A model generated the notes under the pieces. The model was given only the letters and a program-made list of their open reading frames with translations, made no database searches and was not told the DNA's origin. A stretch of DNA of 62,574 nucleotides from an uncultured Candidatus Saccharimonas sp. Its GTDB lineage: Bacteria > Patescibacteriota > Saccharimonadia > Saccharimonadales > AQU-01. Shown piece after piece: positions 8,776 to 18,701 of the stretch. Position numbers and translations under genes: made by a program. Location of the stretch: NCBI GenBank assembly GCA_943358095.1, contig CALRGT010000005.1, positions 1 through 62,574 of the forward strand, given 5' to 3'. Positions within the stretch are counted from its first letter, which is position 1; every line of letters starts with the position of its first letter.

Positions 8776-9225
8776 ATGCATATTTATATAGGTGCTGATC
8801 ATCGTGGCTTTGAACTAAAAAAAGTTATTAAAGACTTTTTGTTGTCTCAAAACTATTCTGTCACTGATGTTGGTGACGAACGTATGGACCCCGACGATGA
8901 TTATCCTCAGTTCGCTGGGCGATGCGCTACGGCTGTACTTGGTAGTAGCGATAAAGATGCCAGAGGTATTTTGATATGTAGTAGCGGCCAAGGAATGTGT
9001 ATCTCTGCTAACCGATATAAAGGCATAAGAGCCGCGCTTGGTCACAATATCGAGGCAGCACGCTCATCTCGTAACGACGATGACACAAATGTTTTGTGTT
9101 TGCCGGCTGAGCTTGCCGAGAGCCGCGCTTGGGAGGATATAGTTTTGGCATTCCTGGACACTCACTTTGCTGCATCTGCCCGATTTATGCGACGCAATAA
9201 AGCTATGGATGAGCTAGGTAATTAA
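8776..9225 (+). CDS. rpiB: Ribose-5-phosphate isomerase B
   Basis: RpiB/LacAB family: IGADHRGFELK and the active-site loop ILICSSGQGMCISANR. Its start directly abuts the gap stop. Confidence 0.9.
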   Translation: MHIYIGADHRGFELKKVIKDFLLSQNYSVTDVGDERMDPDDDYPQFAGRCATAVLGSSDKDARGILICSSGQGMCISANRYKGIRAALGHNIEAARSSRNDDDTNVLCLPAELAESRAWEDIVLAFLDTHFAASARFMRRNKAMDELGN

Positions 9226-9858
9226 ATGGCAGTCATATGCCCAACGGTAACAACTGATGACCCGCATGTATATCGCCAACAAGTAGAAAAGGTTGCGGCT
9301 TTCGCCAATCGTATACATATCGACTTAGCTGATGGTGTGCTGGCGCCCATTAAACTACTGTCTATTGATAAGTTGTGGATTCCAAGTGATCTAATCGTCG
9401 ATATTCATCTCATGTATCAAGATCCTGCTAGCGTGGTTGATAAAATAATTGAATTAAAGCCGAACCTATTAGTGTTCCACGCCGAAGCTGATGGAAACTT
9501 TGCTGAAATCGCCTCAAAATTGAAATCTGCTGGGGTAAAAGTTGGCCTGGCGCTATTAGCATCTACAGAAGTTGATACCATCAAGGATGTCATTGATTCC
9601 GTTGACCATGTGTTAGTTTTTAGCGGTAATCTTGGATATTTTGGAGGTACAGCTGATCTTGAACTTCTAGATAAGGTTAGTGACCTCAAGCAATTAAAGC
9701 CAGAGTTGGAAGTCGGTTGGGACGGTGGCATTAACGACTATAACGCAAAAGGTTTGACCCAAGGCGGAGTAGACGTACTAAACGTCGGTGGTTATATTCA
9801 AAAATCAGAGCATCCCGAAAAAGCTTATGCTACACTTATGGAGGCGATAAAGAAGTAG
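9226..9858 (+). CDS. rpe: Ribulose-phosphate 3-epimerase family protein (divergent)
   Basis: Rpe-type ligand motifs occur in the correct order: HIDLADG, DIHLM, VGWDGGI. About 210 aa, consistent with a TIM barrel. Confidence 0.65.
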   Translation: MAVICPTVTTDDPHVYRQQVEKVAAFANRIHIDLADGVLAPIKLLSIDKLWIPSDLIVDIHLMYQDPASVVDKIIELKPNLLVFHAEADGNFAEIASKLKSAGVKVGLALLASTEVDTIKDVIDSVDHVLVFSGNLGYFGGTADLELLDKVSDLKQLKPELEVGWDGGINDYNAKGLTQGGVDVLNVGGYIQKSEHPEKAYATLMEAIKK

Positions 9859-9860
9859 AA

Positions 9861-10727
9861 TTGATGAAAATGACCCAAAAACTAACAATTACTGAACTAG
9901 AGACAATAGCTAATAATATTCGCATTGATATTATTAAGATGCTAGAACGCGCCGGCAGTGGCCATAGCGCTGGTCCGATGGATTTAGCAGACATTTTTAC
10001 TGCTCTATATTTTGATATTCTAAAACACGATCCCAAGAAACCAGACTGGGACCAACGTGATATTTTATTACTAAGCAACGGACACTGCGTGCCGGTGCTG
10101 TATGCCACTATGGCTCAGGCTGGATATTTCGAACGTGAAGAACTTATGACTTTACGAAAGTTCGGCTCTAGACTTCAAGGTCATCCTGAGCGGACTCGGT
10201 TACCTGGCCTAGAAAACACTAGCGGTCCACTTGGTTGTGGTTTGAGTCAGGCCGCCGGTATGGCCTTGGCTATGAGGATGAATCGCCAATTGCATCGTTA
10301 TATTTATGTAGTTATGGGTGATGGTGAGCAGAACGAAGGCAATGTCTGGGAAGCTGCCATGCTAGTGTCTAAATATAAGCTCAATAATGTAATAGCTATA
10401 ACTGACCGCAATAATATACAAATTGATGGTCCGACTGAGCTAGTTATGCCGCTAGAAGATCTAAGGGCTAAGTGGGAGGCCTTCGGCTGGCATGTTATAG
10501 AGATTGACGGCAACAATATTGAAGCCTTTATTGATGCAACGGCTATGGCGCGAGCAATAGTCGAGAAGCCGGTGATGATAATTGCGCATACTGTTGCTGG
10601 CAAGGGAGTTGATTTTATGGAGTATGACTTCCATTGGCACGGTACAGCCCCTAATGCCGAACAAGCTAAATTAGCGCTACACGAGTTGCGGACACTTGGC
10701 GGTAAGATTAAATCGGAGCATGAATAA
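9861..10727 (+). CDS. Transketolase, N-terminal (TPP-binding) subunit
   Basis: GSGHSAGPMDLADIF, GHPE, GPLGCGLSQAAGMA and VVMGDGEQNEGNVWEA. This is the first half of a split tkt. TTG start at 9861, or ATG at 9864. Confidence 0.9.
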   Translation: MMKMTQKLTITELETIANNIRIDIIKMLERAGSGHSAGPMDLADIFTALYFDILKHDPKKPDWDQRDILLLSNGHCVPVLYATMAQAGYFEREELMTLRKFGSRLQGHPERTRLPGLENTSGPLGCGLSQAAGMALAMRMNRQLHRYIYVVMGDGEQNEGNVWEAAMLVSKYKLNNVIAITDRNNIQIDGPTELVMPLEDLRAKWEAFGWHVIEIDGNNIEAFIDATAMARAIVEKPVMIIAHTVAGKGVDFMEYDFHWHGTAPNAEQAKLALHELRTLGGKIKSEHE

Positions 10728-10729
10728 TT

Positions 10730-11719
10730 ATGACAAACTTACATCTTGTAGATAGTATGAAATTAAAAGACGTAGTTATCGAACCTATCAGAAAAGGTTT
10801 TGGCAGAGGTCTGTTAGAGGCCGGAAAGCGCAATGAAAATGTAGTTGCTGTCTGTGCCGATTTGACCGACTCGACTCAGATTAGTTTATTTGCAAAAGAA
10901 TTCCCAGAAAGATTTGTTGAAGTTGGAATAGCCGAACAAAACCTCGTTACTGTTGGCTCAGGACTTGCTGCTCAAGGAAAAATTCCATTTGTTAGCAGTT
11001 ACGCTGCATTTAGCCCTGGTCGTAATTGGGAGCAGATTCGTACGACTATATGCTTGAACGACCGTCCGGTGAAAATTGTTGGCTCACACGCTGGGCTATA
11101 TACAGGTGCGGACGGCGCAACTCATCAAATGCTTGAAGACATCGCCCTAATGAGAGTGTTGCCCAATATGGTAGTTATCGCTCCGGGTGATTCATTGGAG
11201 GCGGAAAAAGCCACGCTAGCCATGGCCGAAGACAGCCGACCTAATTATATTCGTTTATCGCGTGAGGCAACGCCAATTATGACAACCGCAAAATCTCCTT
11301 TCGAGATTGGGAAAGCTTATGTATACACTGGCGGTACAGACGTGACTATTATTAGTACCGGCACAATGACTTATCAAGCAATGTTGGCAGCAGAAATGTT
11401 GTTTAAGGAAGGCATCGACGCAGAAGTTGTCCATGTGCCGACAATTAAGCCTCTCGATAATGTAACTATTCTTGAGAGTGCTCGTAAAACCGGCTTAGTA
11501 ATTACTGTTGAGGAAGCGCAGATTAACGGTGGTTTGGGTGGCGCAGTAGCAGAATTATTAGGAGAAGAATTGCCAACGCACATTAAACGACTTGGCATGA
11601 GAGATCATTTTGGTGAATCCGGTAAGCCAGAAGAGTTATTTGAAAACTTTGGCCTAACCGCTAAGCATATAGCGCTAGCTGCACACGAAATTACTAGTAA
11701 TAAGAAAGCCAGGAGTTAA
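10730..11719 (+). CDS. Transketolase, C-terminal (pyrimidine-binding) subunit
   Basis: ERFVEVGIAEQNLV, GADGATHQMLEDIA and a C-terminal transketolase_C-like region. Confidence 0.9.
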   Translation: MTNLHLVDSMKLKDVVIEPIRKGFGRGLLEAGKRNENVVAVCADLTDSTQISLFAKEFPERFVEVGIAEQNLVTVGSGLAAQGKIPFVSSYAAFSPGRNWEQIRTTICLNDRPVKIVGSHAGLYTGADGATHQMLEDIALMRVLPNMVVIAPGDSLEAEKATLAMAEDSRPNYIRLSREATPIMTTAKSPFEIGKAYVYTGGTDVTIISTGTMTYQAMLAAEMLFKEGIDAEVVHVPTIKPLDNVTILESARKTGLVITVEEAQINGGLGGAVAELLGEELPTHIKRLGMRDHFGESGKPEELFENFGLTAKHIALAAHEITSNKKARS

Positions 11720-11720
11720 C

Positions 11721-12635
11721 ATGTCATTATCTTTAGAACAAATGCAGGCTAATTGTGCTGCAGCCAGAGCTGCTATTGCCAGAGCGCGAGCTGAGCACTT
11801 TGCACTTGGCGCTTTTAATCTAGACAATCAAGAAACTCTAATTGCTGTAGTTAGGGCTGCCAAAGCCAAGAACGCTCCAGTTCTAGTCGAGGTCAGCAAG
11901 GGAGAGGTTGACGCGCTTGGGTTAGATAATGTGCGTGACATGGTAGATAACTATAAGGCCGATATTGGCGTTGAAATGTATATAAATCTCGACCATTCAC
12001 CTACTGTAGAGGATGCCATTGCAGGCATAAATGCAGGATTCGAATTTATTCATATCGATATATCTCAATCTAATCACGATGCAACGGAAGAAGAAATTAT
12101 CGCCAAAACAAAAGAAGTTGTAGAAGCAGCCAAAAAAACTGGCGCCTTAGTAGAAAGCGAACCACATTATTTTGGTGGTGGATCAAATGTGTTTACGGAA
12201 GCTTTCGATTACGAAGAAATTAAGAAAACGTTTAGTACCCCTGAAGATGCTAAGTACTTTGTTGATGCCACGGGTATCGACACCTACGCCGCAGCAATTG
12301 GGAATTTACACGGAAGCTATCCAGTCCCCAAGGTATTAGACCTAGAATTATTACAAAGAGTGCGTGATTCGATAGATTGTAATATCAGCCTTCACGGAGG
12401 AAGCGGCACCCCAGGGAATTATTTTGTAGAAGCTGTGCGTATTGGTGTCACTAAAGTTAACATCAACTCTGATATGCGTCGAGCCTACCGCGATACTCTA
12501 GAGAAGGCGCTTCACGATAATCCTACAGAATACGCCGTAGTTAAGCTTATGGATGGTGTGATAAAGGCGGTTCAGGCGGTAGTAGAAAGTAAGATTGATA
12601 TGTTCAATTCGTCAGGTAAGGCGCAGATTAGTTAA
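11721..12635 (+). CDS. fba: Class II fructose-bisphosphate aldolase
   Basis: GAFNLDN, NLDHS, SLHGGSG and NINSDMR motifs. Confidence 0.9.
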   Translation: MSLSLEQMQANCAAARAAIARARAEHFALGAFNLDNQETLIAVVRAAKAKNAPVLVEVSKGEVDALGLDNVRDMVDNYKADIGVEMYINLDHSPTVEDAIAGINAGFEFIHIDISQSNHDATEEEIIAKTKEVVEAAKKTGALVESEPHYFGGGSNVFTEAFDYEEIKKTFSTPEDAKYFVDATGIDTYAAAIGNLHGSYPVPKVLDLELLQRVRDSIDCNISLHGGSGTPGNYFVEAVRIGVTKVNINSDMRRAYRDTLEKALHDNPTEYAVVKLMDGVIKAVQAVVESKIDMFNSSGKAQIS

Positions 12636-12698
12636 TATTTGGTAGTTTGAACCAGTTGTGGCACAATTAAGCTTAAGCAATATAAAGGTGGGGGTGGA

Positions 12699-13709
12699 AT
12701 GAGTGATAGCGGTCAACTAGATGTTTTAGCGATTGGTGACGTGGTTACTGATGCGTTTATTAAACTGCTTGATGACAGAGCTGTTACTTATGACAATGAC
12801 CAGGGTAAATGGTTGGCTATGCCTTTTGCCACCAAGATACCATTCGACCACGCCACAATAATCGAGGGTGTAGGCAATGCCGCAAACGCCGCAGTTAGTT
12901 TTGCAAGACTTGGACTACGTAGTGGATTAGTATCAAATGTCGGCAGCGATCAGCACGGCAGAGATATGATTGCCGCACTACATAAGAGTAAGGTTGATGC
13001 CCGGTTTGTCCATATAAACAGTGGCAAGATTAGTAATTATCATTATGTTTTATGGTACAAAGAAGAGCGAACAATACTAATTAAGCATGAAGAATACGAC
13101 TATCAGTGGCCAAGATTCCGCCCTGTTGATATACCGAAATGGATTTATTTTAGTTCGATTAGCAAAAACGCCCTCGATACTTACCACGATCATGTTGCAG
13201 AGTGGCTAGACAATAATCCAGAAGTTAACCTGGCGTTTCAGCCTGGAACTTTCCAGTTAGAAGCTGGTGCTGAGCGTTTAGCAGCCTTGTATCGTCGCAC
13301 AGCTATATTAGTCGTAAACCGCGAAGAAGCAGTCAAAATAAGTGGTGGAAATTATGACGATGTTCATGACTTGTTTAATAAATTGCATGAAATCGGTCCA
13401 CAGGTTGTAGTGATTACAGATGGTCCAGATGGTGCCTATGCAAGCGATGGCGAGAATAGGTATAAAATGCCATCTTATCCAGACCCTGCGCCACCTTTTG
13501 AGAGAACTGGAGCCGGTGATGCGTTTGCTAGTACTTTTGTTGCTGCCATTATGAAAGGCAAGAGTCTAGAAGAAGCTATGCGTTGGGGGCCCATTAACTC
13601 GATGAGTGTTGTTCAACAGGTTGGCGCGCAGAATGGTCTAATAACTGACGAAGAGTTAGAAGAATTACTGTCACGAGCTCCTGAGTGGTATCACCCAGAG
13701 CGCTTCTAG
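12699..13709 (+). CDS. PfkB-family carbohydrate kinase
   Basis: Ribokinase-like fold with N-terminal IGDVVTD and the C-terminal ATP/anion-hole motif TGAGDAFASTFVAA. AAGGTGGGGG SD upstream. Confidence 0.85.
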   Translation: MSDSGQLDVLAIGDVVTDAFIKLLDDRAVTYDNDQGKWLAMPFATKIPFDHATIIEGVGNAANAAVSFARLGLRSGLVSNVGSDQHGRDMIAALHKSKVDARFVHINSGKISNYHYVLWYKEERTILIKHEEYDYQWPRFRPVDIPKWIYFSSISKNALDTYHDHVAEWLDNNPEVNLAFQPGTFQLEAGAERLAALYRRTAILVVNREEAVKISGGNYDDVHDLFNKLHEIGPQVVVITDGPDGAYASDGENRYKMPSYPDPAPPFERTGAGDAFASTFVAAIMKGKSLEEAMRWGPINSMSVVQQVGAQNGLITDEELEELLSRAPEWYHPERF

Positions 13710-13710
13710 G

Positions 13711-13799
13711 TCATTGAATCATTGATGCATTGACCATTGATTCATTAATTGACCCATTTAGCATGTGTCATTGTGGCTTCAATGATAAATATATTCAAT
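13711..13799. repeat. Dispersed quasi-palindromic intergenic repeat, copy B (left arm plus core; right arm truncated)
   Basis: CATTGA at 13712, 13720, 13728 and 13735, and CATTAA at 13743. Core CATTG-tggctt-CAATG at 13769-13784. About 80% identical to copy A over roughly 60 nt. Confidence 0.75.
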
Positions 13800-13844
13800 C
13801 TTGCTATTTCACTGAAGCCTCTAAACTGTTATGCTTATGCTAAT

Positions 13845-15101
13845 ATGTCGTGGGTTTTATCAGAATTATTAGAGGCTCCAGAGCCATTATTTAGTCAGAC
13901 CGTGCATGAGCTAGAGCTGGCTAGTGGTTCTCGTGGCATTGATGTTAAATTGTCAACAGAACTAGACCAAAACTATCAGTTGAAAGCACGTGAACTAGGT
14001 TTAGATCAACACGACACTCACGGTCAGGAGCTTTATCATGCGTTGCAGGCTATAACAGAAAAACATGACTTATTTCTGGCTCGTTCACTAGGTATAAAGG
14101 ATCCCCATAACGTAGCTGAAACTTTGACAAAGATTAAGGCAAAAGTAGACAAGCTTGACATACCAATGACATGCTGGGCAATTAAGCACAGCGTTGCCAA
14201 GAAGTTATTAAAGCAAACTCCCCCTAAAAAAGTTATGAAGCTTCTCGGATATCGTTCTGTAGATTCAATGTTAAAAAGAGAGAGTATTGATGAGCTGTTT
14301 GGTTCTCTTAGATTCGTAGAAAGTGATCAGTGGCTAATAAGGTTCGTTAAAACTTATAAAAAGTTGCAACCTCAAGATTTTGAGACTAGAAAAATTAAAA
14401 TTATTGAATTGCCAGAGAATCGTTGGGGTATAAAAGCTAGCGAATATGTCAGCAACAAGAGGCTCAACATTACTCATCTCAAGGAGATGGGGGTAGTCGT
14501 GCTGCTGCCTATGCCAGTTTCGAAGTTGCGAGGCGTTTGTCTTGCTGTTCTGCTATTAACTCTGCATTATATTGATGAGATCAGGACGTATAGCGCGCTA
14601 TTTAAGCTGGAGCAAGTTCGGCCGGACTTTGCCGCTAATCTGATTAATACACTTATTAATGACCCTAGTGACTCATTTTCTTTGCTTGGTAGACCAGTAC
14701 ATTGGCGAATCTTGAAGAAACATTTCGGCCGAAGTAGGGTTGGTTATTTGCCAGAAGTATTTGAACCTCACATTCAGGTCGATGATATGCTTTGGCGCAG
14801 AGCAGAAGAAGTGTTGTATAAGATTGAGCCGGCTCTTAAATTTTGGGAATCAATGGAATATTCTGGTGTCAGTTATGGCGGCAAGCCAGTTTCCTTTAAT
14901 CTTATGGATAACGCAGTCAACTATTGCAACAATCTTGATTACTCGGAACGGGTGACGCATCATCTTCAGAATAGTCTATGGAATGAGTTGTTGACGAGAT
15001 ATATAAGCCACAAAGACCTCGAAGATATGTTGCTTCAACAGTTGGATCAAGGGCAGACAAAATACGGAATATTAACCAGTTTAAACGGGGGTAAGATATG
15101 A
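13845..15101 (+). CDS. Hypothetical protein (418 aa)
   Basis: Long ORF with no motif I recognise. The ATG at 13845 is preferred over the TTG at 13749, which reads through repeat copy B. There is a 4-nt ATGA overlap with the next gene. Confidence 0.65.
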   Translation: MSWVLSELLEAPEPLFSQTVHELELASGSRGIDVKLSTELDQNYQLKARELGLDQHDTHGQELYHALQAITEKHDLFLARSLGIKDPHNVAETLTKIKAKVDKLDIPMTCWAIKHSVAKKLLKQTPPKKVMKLLGYRSVDSMLKRESIDELFGSLRFVESDQWLIRFVKTYKKLQPQDFETRKIKIIELPENRWGIKASEYVSNKRLNITHLKEMGVVVLLPMPVSKLRGVCLAVLLLTLHYIDEIRTYSALFKLEQVRPDFAANLINTLINDPSDSFSLLGRPVHWRILKKHFGRSRVGYLPEVFEPHIQVDDMLWRRAEEVLYKIEPALKFWESMEYSGVSYGGKPVSFNLMDNAVNYCNNLDYSERVTHHLQNSLWNELLTRYISHKDLEDMLLQQLDQGQTKYGILTSLNGGKI

Positions 15102-15727
15102 ATTATACGATATGTGTATCTGGCGCAGCGGGTGGCGATACTGTAGAAACTTCAAGTAAATTAGCAGAAAGAATCGGCACGGCTATTGCCAAGTCGGGTC
15201 ACATAACAACGACTGGCGCTACTGTTGGATTACCCTATTTCGCGGCCAGAGCAGCAACAAAAGCTGGTGGCATGAGTATCGGATTTTCTCCTGCAGCCTC
15301 TCTAAGAGAACACATTTATAAATACCGGTTACCAATTGGAATATATGATTTTGTTAACTTCACGGGAATGCATTATGTAGGTCGTGATGTTTTATTGGTG
15401 CAATCCAGTGACGCGATTATTACTGTTGGGGGTAGATTCGGCAGCCTTCATGAGTTCACTACGGCCCTAGAGTCCAATATGCCGTGTGGAGTGTTGCTAG
15501 GTAGTGGCGGAACTGCTGATTTGATACCAGGTTTGCTCGAGAAATTAGAGCATGCTCATCGTGAGTTGATAGTCATGGACGAGAATCCAGAAAAGCTAGT
15601 CGCAAAGATAGTCAAAATGCTAGACAAAGATCATAAAGACATAGATACCGACAGCTTGGCATCGCATTGGTATTTGGACGGAAACGACGGCCATATAACA
15701 CGTAAAGCCCACAACAAAGCCGGTTGA
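15098..15727 (+). CDS. SLOG/LOG-like Rossmann-fold protein (TIGR00725-like)
   Basis: ICVSGAAGG N-terminus, TTGATVGLPYFAARAATKAGGMSIGF and VGGRFGSLHEF resemble the GGGxG...GG.xIG and PGGxGTxxE motifs of LOG/TIGR00725 proteins, with substitutions. Confidence 0.55.
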   Translation: MNYTICVSGAAGGDTVETSSKLAERIGTAIAKSGHITTTGATVGLPYFAARAATKAGGMSIGFSPAASLREHIYKYRLPIGIYDFVNFTGMHYVGRDVLLVQSSDAIITVGGRFGSLHEFTTALESNMPCGVLLGSGGTADLIPGLLEKLEHAHRELIVMDENPEKLVAKIVKMLDKDHKDIDTDSLASHWYLDGNDGHITRKAHNKAG

Positions 15728-15783
15728 TTGGTGTTACTGTTATCAAGTTAAGATAGTTGCCCTCACCCTGTTATAATAGGTGG

Positions 15784-17760
15784 GTGAATAAATTTGAACT
15801 AAAGTCCGACTATAAACCTACTGGCGACCAACCGTCGGCTATTGCGCAGCTAACGGCCGGTCTGGCTAAGGGCGATAAAGAACAAGTGCTTTTGGGTGTT
15901 ACGGGGTCTGGAAAGACCTTCACTATGGCCAATATCATACAAAATGTTCAGAAGCCGACTCTAATTCTTAGCCACAACAAAACTCTTGCAGCTCAGCTTT
16001 ATGGAGAGTTTAAAAAATTCTTCCCCAATAATCCGGTGCATTATTTTGTAAGTTACTTTGATTACTACCAGCCAGAGGCATATATCGCTAGGTCCGACAC
16101 TTATATCGAAAAAGACTCACAGATAAACGAAGAGATTGACCGACTAAGGCACGCTGCTACTGATTCCTTGCTCTCGAGAAGTGACGTAATTATTGTCGCC
16201 AGCGTAAGTTGTATTTATGGTATTGGGTCGGTCGAGGACTACGGCAATCTAGCAATTGAAGTTAAAAAAGGTGAACGTCGAGTTCGCGATAAATTTTTGC
16301 GTCAATTAACCGATATTCAGTATCAACGTAATGATATAGATTTTCATCGAGGAACATTTCGTGTTCATGGTGATGTTGTTGATATTTTTCCTGCCGGCGA
16401 AGAGCTAGCTTATAGAGTTGATTTTTTTGGTGACGATGTTGAGCGAATAACAAAAATCGATCCGTTGACCGGAGAAATTCTAGACGACCTTAAGGATTTT
16501 AAAATTTTCCCAAGCTCACACTACGTTACTCCATACGACAAGCTAAAGGGCGCTATTATAAATATCGAGGCCGAACTTAAACAGCGATTGGCTTTGTTTA
16601 AAAAGAATGGGCAACTACTGGAGGCGCAACGACTTGAGCAGCGTACTAGATTTGATATTGAGATGATGGCAGAAACTGGGTTTGTTAAGGGTATCGAAAA
16701 CTACAGTCGTTATTTGACTAATCGTGAGCCAGGTGAGCAGCCAGCGACTCTGCTAGATTATTTTCCTGATGATTACTTGATGTTTATCGACGAATCACAC
16801 ATGACCTTGCCTCAAGTTCGCGGTATGTATAACGGTGATCGCGCCCGTAAAGAAGTACTGGTCGACTATGGATTTCGCTTGCCAAGCGCATTAGACAATA
16901 GGCCTCTGACATTTACAGAGTTCGATAAACACATTAACAAAGTTATTTACGTGAGTGCTACTCCGGCCGAATACGAACTCAGTCGTAGTCCAGAGCCAGC
17001 CCAGCAAGTTATTCGACCTACTGGATTATTGGACCCAATAATCGAGCTTAGACCGATTGAAGGTCAAATCGACGATCTAATAGGCGAAATCAGAAAGACT
17101 ATCGCTAAGCGTCAAAGAGTATTGATCACCACCCTCACTAAAAGAATGTCGGAAGATTTAACCGATTATCTTAAAGAAATTAACATCAAAGTTACTTATC
17201 TTCATAGCGATGTTGAAACCCTGGAGAGAACTGATATTTTGCGAGATTTACGGCTGGGTATATACGATGTGGTAGTTGGCATTAATCTGTTACGCGAAGG
17301 GTTGGATCTGCCTGAAGTTAGCTTAGTTGCGATACTGGATGCCGATAAAGAAGGGTTCTTGCGAAGTGAGCAGGCTCTCGTGCAAACAATCGGTAGAGCT
17401 GCTAGACACGAAGAAGGACGAGTAATTATGTATGCCGATCGCATAACTGGCAGCATGAAGCGCGCCATGGATGAGACTTCGCGGCGCCGTAAAATTCAAC
17501 AAGAACATAACAAGGCTAACGGACTTAAGCCGGTTGGGATTTCTAGGACAATAGAAAAGGGTATGCGACCGGAATTAACGGAAGAAGCCAAGTCGATCAA
17601 GCTAAATCTAAATAAAATACCAAAAGACGAGTACAAGCATATTATTAAAGATTTGACGGCCCAGATGGACATGGCTTCACTGAATCTTCAGTTTGAGACT
17701 GCTGCTGAACTTCGCGATATGATTTCTGACGTTAAGAAACGTCTAGACTCGGGCAAGTAA
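15784..17760 (+). CDS. uvrB: Excinuclease ABC subunit B
   Basis: [17 protein letters not shown], Walker [17 protein letters not shown] and a C-terminal UVR motif (FETAAELRD). The GTG at 15784 is preferred; the track's TTG at 15757 would lie upstream of the TGnTATAAT at 15769-15777. Confidence 0.92.
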   Translation: MNKFELKSDYKPTGDQPSAIAQLTAGLAKGDKEQVLLGVTGSGKTFTMANIIQNVQKPTLILSHNKTLAAQLYGEFKKFFPNNPVHYFVSYFDYYQPEAYIARSDTYIEKDSQINEEIDRLRHAATDSLLSRSDVIIVASVSCIYGIGSVEDYGNLAIEVKKGERRVRDKFLRQLTDIQYQRNDIDFHRGTFRVHGDVVDIFPAGEELAYRVDFFGDDVERITKIDPLTGEILDDLKDFKIFPSSHYVTPYDKLKGAIINIEAELKQRLALFKKNGQLLEAQRLEQRTRFDIEMMAETGFVKGIENYSRYLTNREPGEQPATLLDYFPDDYLMFIDESHMTLPQVRGMYNGDRARKEVLVDYGFRLPSALDNRPLTFTEFDKHINKVIYVSATPAEYELSRSPEPAQQVIRPTGLLDPIIELRPIEGQIDDLIGEIRKTIAKRQRVLITTLTKRMSEDLTDYLKEINIKVTYLHSDVETLERTDILRDLRLGIYDVVVGINLLREGLDLPEVSLVAILDADKEGFLRSEQALVQTIGRAARHEEGRVIMYADRITGSMKRAMDETSRRRKIQQEHNKANGLKPVGISRTIEKGMRPELTEEAKSIKLNLNKIPKDEYKHIIKDLTAQMDMASLNLQFETAAELRDMISDVKKRLDSGK

Positions 17761-17761
17761 G

Positions 17762-17790
17762 TTGCTAGTTTAGTATAATAGTGGTATAAT
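17762..17790 (+). promoter_or_regulatory. Promoter TTGCTA-N17-TATAAT with TGn extension; the ATG lies 9 nt after the -10 box
   Basis: TTGCTA at 17762-17767, TGG-TATAAT at 17782-17790, ATG at 17800. Confidence 0.5.
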
Positions 17791-17799
17791 ATACACATT

Positions 17800-18624
17800 A
17801 TGAGCGAATATACGGCTGACTCACAGCCCAACAAAGACCCAGGACTAGCCTATAAAGGGCAGCAATTTTCTAGCGATACTGGCCGTTTGTTATTAAAGGT
17901 GTCTATGGAGCTTGGGATTATTTCTGATCCAGAGATAGGCGAAGAATTTATAGAGAACGGCCTAGAGTCACTTCGTCAGACTATGTCAGAATTTCAATAT
18001 GTTGCACCTCTAGTTAGCGTGCCGGTAAAACCTGAAACATTATATGAGCATATTCGAGGCTACCACGATACACATGCTCAGGATAGGCAGCCCAATATTA
18101 TTGGTAGATTGTGGAATGACAATCCAGAGTATGAAGAAGTTATGGGTGGATATAGCCCCAGGTCGTACGGAACGAAGGAATTAAATCTGCGCTCAATAAA
18201 AGACGATGAAGTTATGGATAAACCACAGGTAAGAGGTATGTTGCTTGGAGCGGATAACGACAATGGCGAAGACGGCTTGCATTTTACTGACAGAGATTTG
18301 GCCAGTCAACGCTTTGAAGCCGAGCGCTTGGAGTATCAGTTTAGTTTAGGATATCCAGATCAACAGCTTAGGATAGCAAATGTCACAGATGTTATATTTT
18401 TAGCTGCGATGCACCGTGAGCAAGGTAGCTCTCTGTTTTCAAAGGGCACGACAAGCTTTTCGCAAATGCCTACCAAGCTATATAGTAAACTGAATTTCGT
18501 AGGCTCAGCCAATGAATTCCTGGCAGATATATCACTTAGTCGCTGGAACGGCAAGGCTAGTAAAAAAGTTGGAATGAGACTCACGGTAGGTCCTAATCCC
18601 GACCAAGAACCTATTCAAGAATAG
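17800..18624 (+). CDS. Hypothetical protein (274 aa)
   Basis: ORF with its own promoter and no recognisable domain. Confidence 0.65.
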   Translation: MSEYTADSQPNKDPGLAYKGQQFSSDTGRLLLKVSMELGIISDPEIGEEFIENGLESLRQTMSEFQYVAPLVSVPVKPETLYEHIRGYHDTHAQDRQPNIIGRLWNDNPEYEEVMGGYSPRSYGTKELNLRSIKDDEVMDKPQVRGMLLGADNDNGEDGLHFTDRDLASQRFEAERLEYQFSLGYPDQQLRIANVTDVIFLAAMHREQGSSLFSKGTTSFSQMPTKLYSKLNFVGSANEFLADISLSRWNGKASKKVGMRLTVGPNPDQEPIQE

Positions 18625-18664
18625 ATTCCCTCCTAGTTATAAAATAGAACCGTAATTACCTCTG

Positions 18665-18692
18665 TTGCTCGCGCGCTATGTTCTGGTATACT
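18665..18692 (+). promoter_or_regulatory. Promoter of the gat operon, TTGCTC-N16-TATACT with TGn extension; the ATG lies 9 nt after the -10 box
   Basis: TTGCTC at 18665-18670, TGG-TATACT at 18684-18692, gatC ATG at 18702. Confidence 0.5.
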
Positions 18693-18701
18693 AAATCCAA
18701 T

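Noticed and set aside
13749-13844. TTG-initiated N-terminal extension of the 450-aa ORF in the track
   Set aside because: These codons translate the intergenic repeat (copy B), whose sequence also recurs at two non-coding sites. ATG 13845 gives a plausible N-terminus.
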